Shown: positions 49,592 to 62,142 of the stretch, piece after piece
Position numbering within the stretch: the stretch's first letter is position 1
Layout: every line of letters starts with the position of its first letter
Position numbers and translations under genes: made by a program
The notes under the pieces: model-generated
What the model saw: only the letters and a program-made list of their open reading frames with translations
Told to the model about the DNA's origin: nothing
Database searches by the model: none
Assembly (NCBI GenBank): GCA_943704425.1
Contig: CALSCP010001494.1
Span: forward strand, 1 to 64,000
Direction of reading: 5' to 3'
Length of the DNA: 64,000 nucleotides
Origin: Ministeria vibrans ATCC 50519
Taxonomy: Eukaryota > Protista > Filasterea

Positions 49592-51612
49592 ATGTCAGCT
49601 CGAAAAGGTGGACGTCGAAGCACTGCCTTCCACAAGCCGGGCGAACTGGGGCGAAAAACAGGCGTGCGTGTTCCTGAAAACATCTCAAAGGTTTGACAGC
49701 TTGTCAGGATGTTTCTCGTTCTTCCATTCTCCTGGCCTCCCATCTCTCTCCTTCCGGACGCACCCAATCAGACATGCAATTTACTTGTCTATGCCGCTCC
49801 GAAGCGCCGCTGAAATCACCCGCAACAGTCTTCCTGTTGACTTTTCGCAAAAGGGCGACCTTTTTTTGAAAAAAATAACAGTCATAACGTTTTTTTTTTG
49901 AAAACGAAAAAAAACGGAAAGAGCGCGAGAATGCCTCTGACGGACTTGGTGTACGTTGGCATTGCAGTAACTCAGCATTGCGTAGGATGCAACGGGCATG
50001 GACGACGTAGAATCGTACTTTGTGACGCGCAAGAGTCCGCGTCGAGTGTCTCACCAAGCGCCAACGCCCGTGCAGGCGCCCGCCTCGCCACCCGTCGACA
50101 GCCCCCTCATGCCCGTGTCGGGACTCGCGAGCGGTCCTGTGAGCCGGACAGCCAGGCTCAGCGACAAGCGATCGGGCAAGAGCAGCAAGAAGAGCAAGGG
50201 GACAGCGACGCGGCTGGAGTTTGGCGACGACGCGCACGACGACGCCGACGACGACGCGCACGACGCCGCGCGCTTGAAGAGACACGCGTCAAGCGGCAAA
50301 GATAGACACACTAAAGCGAACAGGGCATCGTCGGGTGCGGCTGCGAGACGGGGTGGGCCTCTGGCGCTGACAGACTCGGACGACTCGGGTGACGACGACA
50401 AACGCGACAGCGACACCAACCCGTTTGCAAAACCATCAAGAGACCTTGCTGCGAAACTGGACAAGAGAGAAGAGCGCGAGCGAAAGAAGCGACGCAGACA
50501 GCGCGTGGTCGACATGTGGCACTCGGAGGTGCCCGCCGAAGAGGACGCACAGTTACCGGCAAAGAAACGCAAGACAGACAGAACAATGGCGAGCAGCTCG
50601 AACCTCGGCTCGTCATTCCGCGTCCACGATGACGCACTCTTCTCACTCCCGCGCCACAGCGCAGGGCCCGCTCAACCAGCCTTCTACAATGCGACCACGA
50701 CGGTGCGTCCGCGCGTGCGGCGCCCCATTGCGCACCACGCCCCACCGCCGCCACCGCCGCCTGCCATTCCCGTCCACCCCTACGCCCCATACTACGCGCC
50801 TCACCCGTATGCACATGCAGCGTACTACCCGCCGGCTTCCCGCGCGCCCGTCTACGATGACGTCCTCACGCGCCAGCCGCCGTCCGCCCTCCCCGCCCAC
50901 CCCCACCATGCCCCCGAGCACTTCCGCGAGGCCAGCGCGCGCTCTCTTGTCACTGACCAGAATGACGTCCCGGTCCAGCTCATCTGTCCCGGCGCCCTCA
51001 CCCATCACCAAGAGGAGTGGCGGCTGCTTGACAAGATGTCGCGCGGGACCGGACGTGTCTTTGTCGGCCTCGAGACCAACGAGGGCATTAAGCAAACCAC
51101 CCTCGAGCTCAGCCCGCACGCCGGTCGCCCCTTCCTCAGACTAAACAAGAAGCGAATGGTATCACATATATATATATTTAGAGAGAGGAGGAAAAAAGAA
51201 ACAAAGTGATAGAGAGAAGCAAAGTGATGGTGAGAGTGAAAGAAAAGAGTTCAAATGACCCCTTTTTTGTTGTTTCACAGACAGGCTATGTCCTCCATGG
51301 CTATTTGTCGCTCGAGATCCAACTCGACTCTTCCGATGTCACTGTTCGCCAGCAATTGGCTGCCAATGCTTCCTTCTACATTCCTTACGGTACCCATCCC
51401 AGTCACTCTCGCCCCTACACACGCACAGTCTTCTTCCACCTCTCTCCCTCCGCTCCTTCTACCACGTTGCTTTTCCTTCTCCCTGCTCTTTCTCTCTCAC
51501 ACCGGTGTGACTCTGTTTTTTAGGTGCGTCGTACAAACTGGAGAATGTCGGAAGTGGCACTGCTCGAGTTGTTTTTTGGGCCTTTTCTGTGCCTGAAACT
51601 TACGATGATTAG
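49592..51612 (+). CDS. CENPC: Centromere protein C (Mif2-type N-terminus, degenerate CENP-C motif, C-terminal cupin), 4 exons
   Basis: Spliced GELGRKTGVRVPENISK-DATGMDDVESYF matches the Mif2 N-terminal motif; KRRRQRVVDMWHSE; cupin GYVLHG.LSLEI...SFYIPYGASYKLEN.GSGTARVVF. Confidence 0.8.
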
Positions 51613-51670
51613 TACACTTTGATAATTTTCAATTTTCAGTAATCAGTAATATTGTTTATTCTTATCGGTT

Positions 51671-53310
51671 ATGAACTCGACTATAAAAGATGTTCTGAGT
51701 CGTGCGTCTGTCATTGCTTCATCGCCATCGACGCAGACGACAGGTGTGCTCGGTGCCTCCCTACTCCGCCCATTTCACTCACCCGATCCGTTTCAGTGCG
51801 CGGCTGGGTGCGCTCCGTCCGGAAGCACCGCTCCGTCGCCTTCATCGATGTCAGCGACGGATCCACAGTCGACCCCTGCCCAGTGGTCGTCACGCACAAC
51901 CTCGATGCCCTGCCCAACAACGGCGACGCAGTGTGCATCACGGGCGACATGGTCTCCCCCCCGTTCTCTCTTTCTCTCGCTCTCCTCATTGCCTGTCTCC
52001 CCTCTCCTCCCTCCTTTTCCCTCTCCGTAGACGCCCACCGCATCCAAGAAGCCAACCAAGCATTCCTTTGAGTTACACGCAAAGGCAATCGACATTGTCG
52101 GCGCCTGCGATCAGACCACCTACCCTCTGCAGAAGAAGAACCACTCGCACGAGTTTCTTCGCCAGATCCCTCATCTTCGAATGCGATCCAATGCTTCACG
52201 CGCAACCGTCCGCATTCGTAACACAGTCTCACATACGTCCGTCAACAAATTCTCTCCTTTCGATCAACACTAATAATTACTCATTCCGTCTCTTGTTTTT
52301 TTTTTTTACGTCTTATTAGACTTCAAGAGTTGCTTCAACAGTTAGACTTTGTCAACATCGAAGCACCCACACTCACCACCAATGATTGTGAAGGTGGCGG
52401 CGAAACATTCACTCTCCTCGACCCACACTCCCGTGCCCACGCCACCGCCTCCAACACAGACCCTCTTCAACATCAAAATAACTTCTTTGCAACCCCAATG
52501 CACCTAAGCGTATCGCGCCAACTCCATCTCGAAGCGGCCGCCAGCGCCTTCCCACGCGTCTACGCCATGGGCCCGTGCTTTCGCGCCGAGCGTTCCAACA
52601 CTACCCGTCACCTGGCCGAGTTCCAGATGCTCGAGGCGGAGCTTGCTTTCACCCGCTCCCTCGACGACATCATCCAGCTCATCGAGCAATGCGTTCGTCA
52701 CACCACCCAGCACGTCCTCGACAAATGCGCCGACGATCTTGCCGCTATTCCTCAGTCTATTTCGGACAACGCTTTCACTCGCATTCAGCCCCTTGTGCGC
52801 TCTAGCTATGTGCGTCTTTCCTATACCGACGCGATCGACATTCTCACACGCAAGTTTGCGACACCAAACGCCGAGTACAGCAACATTGCGTGGGGCGTGG
52901 CTCTGTCGGGCGAACACGAGCGCTACCTGGCCGAAGTTCACTGCGACGGACAGGCCGTCTTTGTCCACGACTACCCGACCGAGTGCAAACCTTTCTACGC
53001 GCGCCAGAACGTCACAGACACAAACGCAGCAACGGGCGCGACATCGGCTGCCGTCGACCTTCTCCTGCCCTATGTGGGCGAGCTGGCGGGCGGTACTCTG
53101 CGCGAAGAGCGGCTCGACGTGCTCATGGCACGACTGCCGTCGCCCCCTCCGGCCGCCCTCGACTGGTATGTCGACCTGCGTCGCTATGGCTGTGCCCCGC
53201 ACGGTGGCTTTGGCCTGGGCGTCGATCGTCTTGTCCAGTTCTACACGGGCTTCAGCAGCATACGCGAGACCACTCCCTTCCCGCGTCACGCTGGTCAACT
53301 TATTGCCTGA
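51671..53310 (+). CDS. NARS2: Asparaginyl-tRNA synthetase, mitochondrial/bacterial type, 4 exons
   Basis: VRGWVRSVR, FIDVSDGS, YPLQKK, EFLRQIPHLR, DCEGGGETF, LSVSRQLHLE, FRAERSNTTRHLAEF and PHGGFGLGVDRL. Confidence 0.92.
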
Positions 53311-53379
53311 TGTACAAGACTGTATACAACAAAAAAACCCCCCCAAAAAACTCGAATATTATTATGTACAGTGTTTGTT

Positions 53380-56300
53380 TTAGCTCAGCTCAAATCCTGC
53401 ACCCGCATTGATCACAAACAGCAGTTTCTCGCGCATCTCTTCGTCTGTCTCGTACGGTGGCAGCTTCAACAGATTCATACACGTGCCTGAGCTTGGAAGA
53501 CGACCCTTTTCAAAGAGACACACAACAAATGAGTCCATTGATGACTTGAAAACAAAAAAAAAACTCATGATTATTACTTTGCTTGAGAGATGAATGGCAA
53601 AACGCGGCGATAGGCTCTTGAAGCCAAGCAGAGGCGGGCGCGAACAGCCCGTCACAAACCTGAAAATATACATAAAATACACGATAATAATTTAGCATCT
53701 TGCACTCTGTGGTTTTGTGTGTTTACTTTAGAAACTTTCCAAGTTCCTCATCGGTGAATCCTTCGAGAGCGCGCCAGAATCGGTCAATCTGCAACACAAA
53801 CCACATGAGCACAAGGAAACAAGAAAGATAGAAATGGTAAACATACCACAGCCTGAAGTTCCGCATCCTGACCGGCAGAAAACATCTGGCAATTCAGGCG
53901 CAGGTCCGCCAAGTCGATGCCTGTTTTGGCGCCTGAGATGAGCACCTGCAGCTCTTCGGCGTCAAAGAGACGCAGCGAGACAACCGGCATGGCATAGGCC
54001 ATGCCGCGCAAAAAGGCATCACACATGGACGCAATCTTGACATTGAGATGGTAGTGCGCAACCGCATTGATGTAGTGGCTGCGGTTTACACGTGTCACGG
54101 GCACATTGCGCCCGTCGACAACCAAGTCCACCGTGTCCACGGCGCTCCCCAGTGCATTTGTCGTAATCAGTGACATGGTCAAACCGAGCTCCTCAAGTTC
54201 GCCGTCGTTGTAGTCACGCAAACGCAGCAAGTTGCGGTGCAGCTCGGCGTCGAGCGATTGCAGATCGTGAATCGAGTTGTGTCGGCCCAGCAGACGTCGC
54301 AAGAAAAAGGGCGCCAAAGGTAGCTCTACAAGAACGCCACAGCTGAGTGCCTTGGCCGTAAGCATGCCGAGAAACTCAAAGTGTTTTCGAGCGTCAGCCA
54401 CAAGCTCGGGCGCGTGTGGATTGGGATAGAGCATTTCGTCGCGTGTCGGGCAAAAGAGACCTCGCTCGGGATCGTAGGCGGCACGCGTCAGCTCCGTGAC
54501 AGTCTCCTTAAAGAGACCGCCACCGTCGATGCCGGCCTCGTGCAGGCCATGCTGGTTCACCAGGCTGATACGCCACGGACCCGGCACAACACGCATCTTG
54601 GGGTCGCTGTAGATGTTCTTGAAGGCATCGTCGTAGAGCGAGGTGCGATGCAGCTCAATGTGGTTCTCCCAGAAGACAAAGCGGCGTCGGTCGCGCGAGT
54701 GGTTATTGTAGTAGAAGAAAAGCGTGTCCTGAAAAAGCACACGCTCTGAAAACGGCACCACAAAGGGCACGTGCAGCAAAAGAGCAAGCAGGCCGGAGAA
54801 GACACGTCGCTGGAGGTTTGAAGAAAGCACCACGTCCGCCTGCAGGTAGTCGAGCACCTTGGCGGGGGTGAAGACGCCGCCGTCGTCTTCGCTACGCGTT
54901 GCGCGATGGTAGTCCTTGATGAGGCGCGCCGATGATGGCGGTTGCATAATTGAGTAGTCAAACTGTCGCGTGTCCTCTCGCTCCGTCCAGAAACCCTCAG
55001 GGCAATAGTGCATGCGCTCGTCTCGCTCGCGTAGTTGACCTAGCACGCGCAGTGCATCGGTAAGGTCCATGTCACACGGAAGTGCACCTTTCGCCAGACT
55101 GCTCGTGAGACTACGTAAAATCCAACGTGTCACTTCGACAAGCACAGAGGAGTCTGGGAAGGTGCGAGAGACAAGCTCGTCGTCGGAGATGACTGGCAAC
55201 GCGTGCAGAAGACACGCCAAAATGATGTGACCAAGAGCAGATGTGGGATCCCCAGCTGTAGCACCAGCAGCAGAACCAGTAGAAAATGCGCGCGAAATGT
55301 GAGTGTTGTCCGCGGTGGTAGCGGTCGCAGTCACAGCCGCACAGCGCGCTTGAAAAAGCTCGTTGATGAGACCGTCGCGAAAAGAGAGAACGCTGAGCAG
55401 ACGGTGACGTGGCTGACCACCGAGGTTCACCAGGGAAGCAATCAACGCAACAAAGCCCACACTTGTGCGCAACATGCCGGTGCCAACCACGACGTGCAGC
55501 CACGATTCGGACCAAAGCAAAGCATACGCTTGACGACACTGCGGCAATGCAAAGGTGGCATGAGGTGGGGCGCGTGAAATGCGTCGGAGAGCGCGACACG
55601 CGCTTGGCGTAAGCGTATCCGCATCATACGTGAGTCCGCGCAACTGTCGATGAAAGGGGCTCTCGTTGCCAATGGGGTCGTTGAGAGTGTTAATCATCAT
55701 TGCCGCATGACCGTCCACGTCGGCGAAGTTGCCACCATCGTCATCGTCAGCATAGTCTTCTTCGTCGTCTTCGTCCTCGTCAACACCATCACCTTCGCCA
55801 CCTGCTTCGGCGCTCGCAGCAACAAAGGTAGAGATGGGAAGCGACTCGATGAGGATAGCCATGTTGCAAAAACAGCTGTTGAGCAGCACTGCGTCTTGTG
55901 GTGGGCGGGATGCACACGCCCTTTGCACAGAGGCGACACAGTTGGCCAGAAGGTATTGGGAACGCTGCGACGAGACGATATCTGGAGGTGCGCTGGCAAG
56001 CGTCTCCAGGTGAGATGCGATCACTTCAAGAGGGTAGAGGCTATGGAAGCGGTCTGCACCACCGACACACTCGGCGACGGACGGAGTCACAAATAGAAGC
56101 TCGGAGAAGTAGTGTTGTGCGCTGTGCACGTCAACCAGTCCACCAAGACTGTGGACAAAGCGATCGAGTAGCTGTCGTGCAAACGACCGGCTCGCTGGAG
56201 AATGTTGCTCGACGTCAACAATGACGCGAGCACAGGAGACAAGCACGCCGCGCGATGCGAGCGACTTCATCAGCGACACCTTGAAGATGTTGTCCCAGCC

Positions 56301-56957
56301 ATTCGCCGGGTCAGTGTACAAATTGGCGAGTTGCAAAGCCAACGGTGTCTCATTCAGCGTCAGCTCGGAGGAGTCGCCAACCATGAGCATATCGATAAGA
56401 GTCTGAATGAGCGGCTGCCAGGCGGTCGCATGTTGAAGCGAGTCGGTCCCTATAATTATTATATTAATATGCGTCGTTTAGACATTCGATCGACCAAAAC
56501 AAGACATCTTTGGTTGCGTACCGTTCTGGGAGTGGCGGCGAAGTAGACGCAAGGCGAGTGCGTGTAGACGAGGTGAGGTGGGCGCGGCAAGCGTTGGGAA
56601 GCGTTTGGCGAGAAAGAGAACAAGTCGGGCGACACGAATCAAACTCGCGTCGTGTGCGTCGGAAGCGCATTGCAGGAGCGCGTCGCATTGCTGCACGAGG
56701 CAGCTGACTGTGTCTCGGAGTACGACACGCTTGCGGTAGCATCGCTGTGAGGCATGGCGGCGGACACCCGTCAGAAAGTTCGCGAAAAAAAAAGACAATC
56801 GTCTCACCTGGATTCGAATGGCGGCCGGCAGACGCCTGCGCTCCTGCTCACGATCAAGACGCTCCTGTCGTAACTTCTCTGTATCTATGGTGGCGGGGCG
56901 ACGGGCACCTCCGAGCGAGATGTTGCGTCCCTTTCGATGAGAACCGTCAAAAAACAT
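53380..56957 (-). CDS. UBE3C: HECT E3 ubiquitin ligase UBE3C-like (IQ motif plus HECT)
   Basis: MFFDG...ISLGG...ERRR..AAIRIQ, PFVVPFSERV, EAGIDGGGLFKE, FVTGCSRPPLLGF, RLPSSGTCMNLLKLP and GAGFELS*. Confidence 0.9.
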
Positions 56958-57193
56958 TTGTACTTTGTAGTGAAACGAATAAAGGATTCATTCGTTTCGA
57001 AATGAATAAATTCATGGAATCACCATGGAATAATAAATATGTAATTTAAATACGACGTTGTTTCAAGTTGCAGCAGGAGGGGGGGGGGGCGTGAGGGGGG
57101 GTACAAAGCAGGAAANNNNNNNNNNTGCGTACGTTTCATGTTTTTGTGTATTTGAGAGCGTTTCCTCTCTAAAGCAGGAAATGGGGTGAGATT

Positions 57194-58550
57194 TTAGAAG
57201 GGAAGACGGCGAGGGAGACTCTCATCAGCGTCCTCGATCTCGGAGGAGTCAGCAGGGAAACTATCCGAGGCGTAGCACTGAGACTCAAGATAATCCACGC
57301 GCAGCTGGAGAGCGTTGCGCTCGGCTGCCATAAAGCGTAGCTCGGCAAGCGTCTAATGCAAACACGTCAGTAGGATTTGAGGTAAATTCTTCAGAAGTAC
57401 TTGTTGTTGCTTGAGCGCCAAATTGCGTGCTGTGTCCACCACATCGCTGATCAAAGTGTCGACTGCAACCGTTTCTTTCTCCTCTTCGCTCCTCTTCTCC
57501 ACTTTGTCACCACCAAGCGTCTCGTGCAGCAGATGCGCCGCTGCGTGTAGTTGGGAGCGTACACGGTCGAGAATTGTGTCGCGCTGGAGTGCTTCTTCTT
57601 CACGAACAAGCAAAGTCTCGAAATCAGACATGGACAGGTTCGTGTCGACACCCTCCCCGCGACGTGTGCTGCTGTTGTTGTCGTCGTTGCAAGTGTCACT
57701 CGTATTGCTCTCCAGGGCGGCACACTCGTGTGTCGTAGCGTCCACTTGCGCGTGGACTCCCATGTCGGAAAGACGCAGCGTAGCACGATGATCAGCGCGC
57801 TGTGGCAGCGACAATGCCGTCGCCTCCGACCGGTAGTCTAAATCAAAGACAGACTCTTTTCGTTCGGTGTGATACTGAAAGAGAGCCTCGTTCACTTGCA
57901 AAGAAGGCTGCACTGTCGGTGCGCGCGTGTGTGTTGCCGGTCCCGCCCTCAGTGTCCTGACACGTCGGCGAGCAGGCGCCTCTTCACGCGCCGGTGTTCC
58001 CTCCATCACCTGTTGCGCAACGCTCACAAGCATTTCTCGCGTCAAGCCAAGTGTCGGTTTCACACGAGGTGGTGATGGTGGTGTCAGAGGTGTCCCATCG
58101 TAAAAGGCCAAGGACGCTCCTAAAGATCCAATCCAACGTGAGAGACGCATTACACGAAGGAAGAGGACGCGAATATAAGAAGGGTTCAAAATGGCTCGCT
58201 CTCACAGCATCCGTACGCTCCTGTTTCTCTAACAACTCTTGGCGCGCCCGCTCCGCATTATGCGATTTGTACATTTCTCGTTTGCGCTCCTGCAACTCCG
58301 CGTAAGATCAGTCTGCAAATTTGAATTTTTCCTCACCTGCTGTGCTTTCGACAGCTTGCATTTGGCCAAATCCGATACGGTGTTCTACAAAACAGACACG
58401 GTGCACATGATGCAGAAGGTCAAGAAGGCTGAGGAAGGCGGGGATGCCAGCAGAGAGGGCAGACCACCGTTTGTTTACATCCCAAGCTGGTCTTCTCAAC
58501 CTGCGCGCCCCGCTCGAGGTTGTGCCAATGCCGCCATATACAAGCGCCAT
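57194..58550 (-). CDS. SPICE1: Spindle and centriole-associated protein 1-like, 5 exons
   Basis: The spliced N-terminus RPAWD-NTVSDLAKCKLSKAQQ-ERKREMYKSHNAERARQELLEK matches the SPICE1 WDxTVxDL...R.E..KSxN motif; there is a C-terminal coiled coil. Confidence 0.75.
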
Positions 58551-58730
58551 ATTCAAATTTATTAAAGAAATTAAGAAAAAAGGCAAAAATGAAAAAACGT
58601 TTGAAGTTTGAATTTCGTATTTTTTCTTTCGCTAATCGCTTCATTTATTCCTAATTATTATTATCAATAGTTTTAACCGTTTTTCTTGAAGTCTTGTCGG
58701 TAGCCGTCGCGTACTAGGCGGGAAAAGCAG
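58551..58730. promoter_or_regulatory. SPICE1/CPAP divergent promoter with CHR-, Myb- and E2F-like motifs
   Basis: TTCAAA 58552, TTTGAA 58600 and 58607, AACCGTT 58675, CTTGAA 58685, GGCGGGAAAA 58717. Confidence 0.5.
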
Positions 58731-58830
58731 CACGGACGATGGAGCGATACATGCTGTCACGGTACCAGAAGACATCGCGTCAAGCGCATCTTACTCTCCG
58801 TCTCTTCTTCCTGCCCCAGCGACTCCAACG

Positions 58831-61628
58831 ATGTACGATTTGGCCCGCCGTCTGTGTTACGACGCCTTGCTAGTGTTGTCTCCTACGTATTCCGCTCTTC
58901 TCACTCTTCTTTTCCATTTTTTTTTTTGCTCTCTTTTTGCGAATACTATTTTTTTTTTGAAACAAAAAGGTTTCTGACAGTCGACGGAACTCACCGACGA
59001 AATCAGGCTCGGCAAGGTACCGTGTCTCGCGTATACGTCTATACATGTGCCCAACGTTGTTCTCCCGCCCCCTCTGTAGACCGGACTACTCCTCGAATGG
59101 CGCTGTCGGACCCGTACGGTTTGGATTGTCGTGCGACGTCTCACGTTTTGTTATGTTTGTCTGTGGTAGAGGTCTGTGCACGACGAGCACGCCCGTCTGT
59201 CGGCCGATGACCGTCCCATTCGCAGTGCGATTGACCCCACTGCCCGAAACAGCCTCGCGGCATTCGAAGGGGTCGTCAAGAAGAGCCAGGCAGCGCACTC
59301 AGCCCCTCACCCCCACTCGGCGGCGTCGTCCAAGGGGGCGCGACCATTCCTACGCAAGGGCCAAGGCATCCAACGCTTTCAAGGCCCACCCGCAAAACGC
59401 TACAGGCCGCCGCAGGACGAACGGCCGCGCTCGCCACCCGACAACATAGACGCGCAATATGCTCAACAATCGCAACGCCCTCAACCAAGCAAAGACAGGC
59501 TGCATGCCGCAGAACACGAGCGACAACATCAACAACAGCAACAGCACGAGCGACAGCATCAACAACAGCAACAGCACGAGCAACAACATCAACAGCAGCA
59601 ACAACACGAGCGACAGCATCAACAACCGCAACAGCACGGGCGACAACATCAACAACAGCAACAGCACGAGCAACAACATCAACAACCGCAACATCATCAT
59701 CAACAACAACATCATCAACAACGTCATCAACAACAACAACATCATCATCAACAACAACAGCAACAATCGCAATACCCTTTTGAATACGACGACGACGATT
59801 TTGAGGAGGAGGAGGAGGAGGACGATGACGACGGAGGGTTTCCCGGTCAGGCAGCACAGACAGGGCGGGAGCTGTTCCGTGCGTGGGATCCTGAGGAGTC
59901 GTTCACGTTGCAGCACGCCGAGAAACAGCGACTGTCTGAAGCGCAGGAGCTCGAGGAGTTTGAGGCAATGGAACGTTTGGCACACTCGAGTGTTTTGTCT
60001 TCGTCAACGGGTGCGGACGATGAGTTTGCCGCGCTGCGAGGCGCACCGCCATTTCCGAAAGGCCTTCAGCAGCAATCACAACCGCAGTCGGGTGCAGCAT
60101 CGCCACCGCCCACTAGTGCACTGACGGCACGTGTGTTTGGTGGAGGAGACCGCAAAGGCAAACGACCGCTTGTGCCACAACAACACGCCGAGAGAGGCCC
60201 GACTGACGTGGCGGTGGCTGTGGCTCATTTGACTGCGCGTCCCTCAGCGACAGCGACAGGTGGGGGTGCGTTGGAGGAGCGCCTGGGCGAACTCAATCGC
60301 GAAATTGAGCGGTTCAAACGGGAAAATGCGGCATGTGAGGCACTGCGACGCGAACGAGAGACTGCAGTGAAGCAGCTGAAGGAACAGATGGCTTCGTTTG
60401 AGCGCACGCGTGTGGCGGAACTGGAAAAGATTGAGCAGATGCGAAAGACTGAGACAGACCGACTGAAGCGCGAGCGGCGCACAGTAGATCGTTATGCCAA
60501 AGCCAATCGGGTGGTGGAAAAGGGGGATCGAGAGGAGCTGGAGCGCGTACGGGGAGTGTTGAAGGAGCGGGAAGCGGATTGGAAGGAGCAAGAGAAACGC
60601 CACGGATTGGCGGTGGGACGGTACAAGGACCGTGTACAGACGCTCATGGCACGCAACGGAGAGTTGGAGGAGACAGTCAAGGGTCTTGAGCGACAGCTGG
60701 TGGAAATGCGCGATGCGGTCAGCTCCAGTGTGGTGGGGAACGGCAGAGCAGCTGGTCGCAACCGTAAGAGTGCAGAGACTGGTGCGGCCGTGTCGTCAAG
60801 CAAGAGCGGCAGTCAGGGCACAGACATGGCTGAACCTAGCAATGGGATAGTGCGTGAAGTGGTACGCGACGACGGCAAGGTAGAGCAGCACATGGGCGAT
60901 GGGAGTGTGCTGGTGCTGTTCCCCAATGGCACGCGCAAGCGTATTGAACGCGACGGTTCGTCAAGCGTTCTCTTCTTCAACGGCGACCGCAAGGACAGCC
61001 GACTCGACGGCAGTGTCCTGTACTTCTACGCGGAAGCGAACACGACGCACACGACGTATCCCGACGGGAGAGAGGTCCGCATTCCATGTGCACTCTTTTT
61101 CTCGATATCAGTTTTGTTCGTGTTCTTATCGCGTCATTGTTGGTTTCTTTGTCTTTTTCTTTATGTAATTAGGAGATTCGCTTTCCCAACGAACAAATTG
61201 AGCGCACGTTTAGCGATGGCACGAAGGAAATTGAGTTTCCTGACGGATCGCGCAAGCGAGTGCTTGCGTCGGGTGATGAAGAGACTGTCTTTCCAGACCA
61301 GACTGGTACGCTCTATCGAAGCACTCTCAGCATTGCACGCGAAACAAATTTTGTCTATGCGTAGTTGAAAGAGTGGCGCGAAACGGAGACCGCACCATTG
61401 AATTGCCTAACGGGCAGGTAAGAAGAATCCATCCCCCCTACCTTTGTAGTCACCCTGGTTCGGATTGTGTAGCGGGAAGTGCATACGCGGGAGTACAAGC
61501 GACGGGAGTATCCCGACGGCACGGTGAAGACAGTGTTTGCATCGGGGCGGCAGGAGACGCGCTATGGCAGTGGACGCGTGCGGGTGCGCGATGAGGCCGG
61601 GCGCATTGTCCTTGACACGCGCTCCTGA
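58831..61628 (+). CDS. CENPJ: Centriolar protein SAS-4/CPAP with TCP10 (G-box) domain; 5' exons uncertain (alternative ATG 58739)
   Basis: [18 protein letters not shown], long coiled coil, [29 protein letters not shown] and [29 protein letters not shown]. Confidence 0.93.
59514..59766 (+). repeat. Coding 30-bp minisatellite and polyQ/H tract within CPAP
   Basis: About 6 units encoding HE[RQ]QHQQ[QP]QQ, followed by CAA/CAT triplets. Confidence 0.85.
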
Positions 61629-61704
61629 CCAGTCACTGTATATTGTGTATATTGGTATCTGTCTCTTGTAACACTTTGTTCTTATTCTTTTGCTTTCATT
61701 CGTT

Positions 61705-62062
61705 TCATGTGGTGTAGATGAGTGTGTCTGCTGTGGGACATTTGATCTTAATTTCGGGACTCTTTCCATCGTTCTTTTCCTTCATCGGCGAAATCATATT
61801 GTTCCTATGAGAAATACATAGTAGGGTTGAGGGTTAATTCGGCTCACAGTGCGTGTACTGACCAGAGCTGAGCCGCCATCATCTCATGTGCGAGTGCAGA
61901 CGGATGGAAGCTGAAACAGAAAAGCACAGAGATCAGACACGAGTACAAACACGTGCATACACACGTACAGAACACGTACAGAACAAGTACATACACACTA
62001 CACACATAATATATAATATTATATTATATAATTATATATATTATATACATTCACACTACACA

Positions 62063-62142
<80 letters not shown>

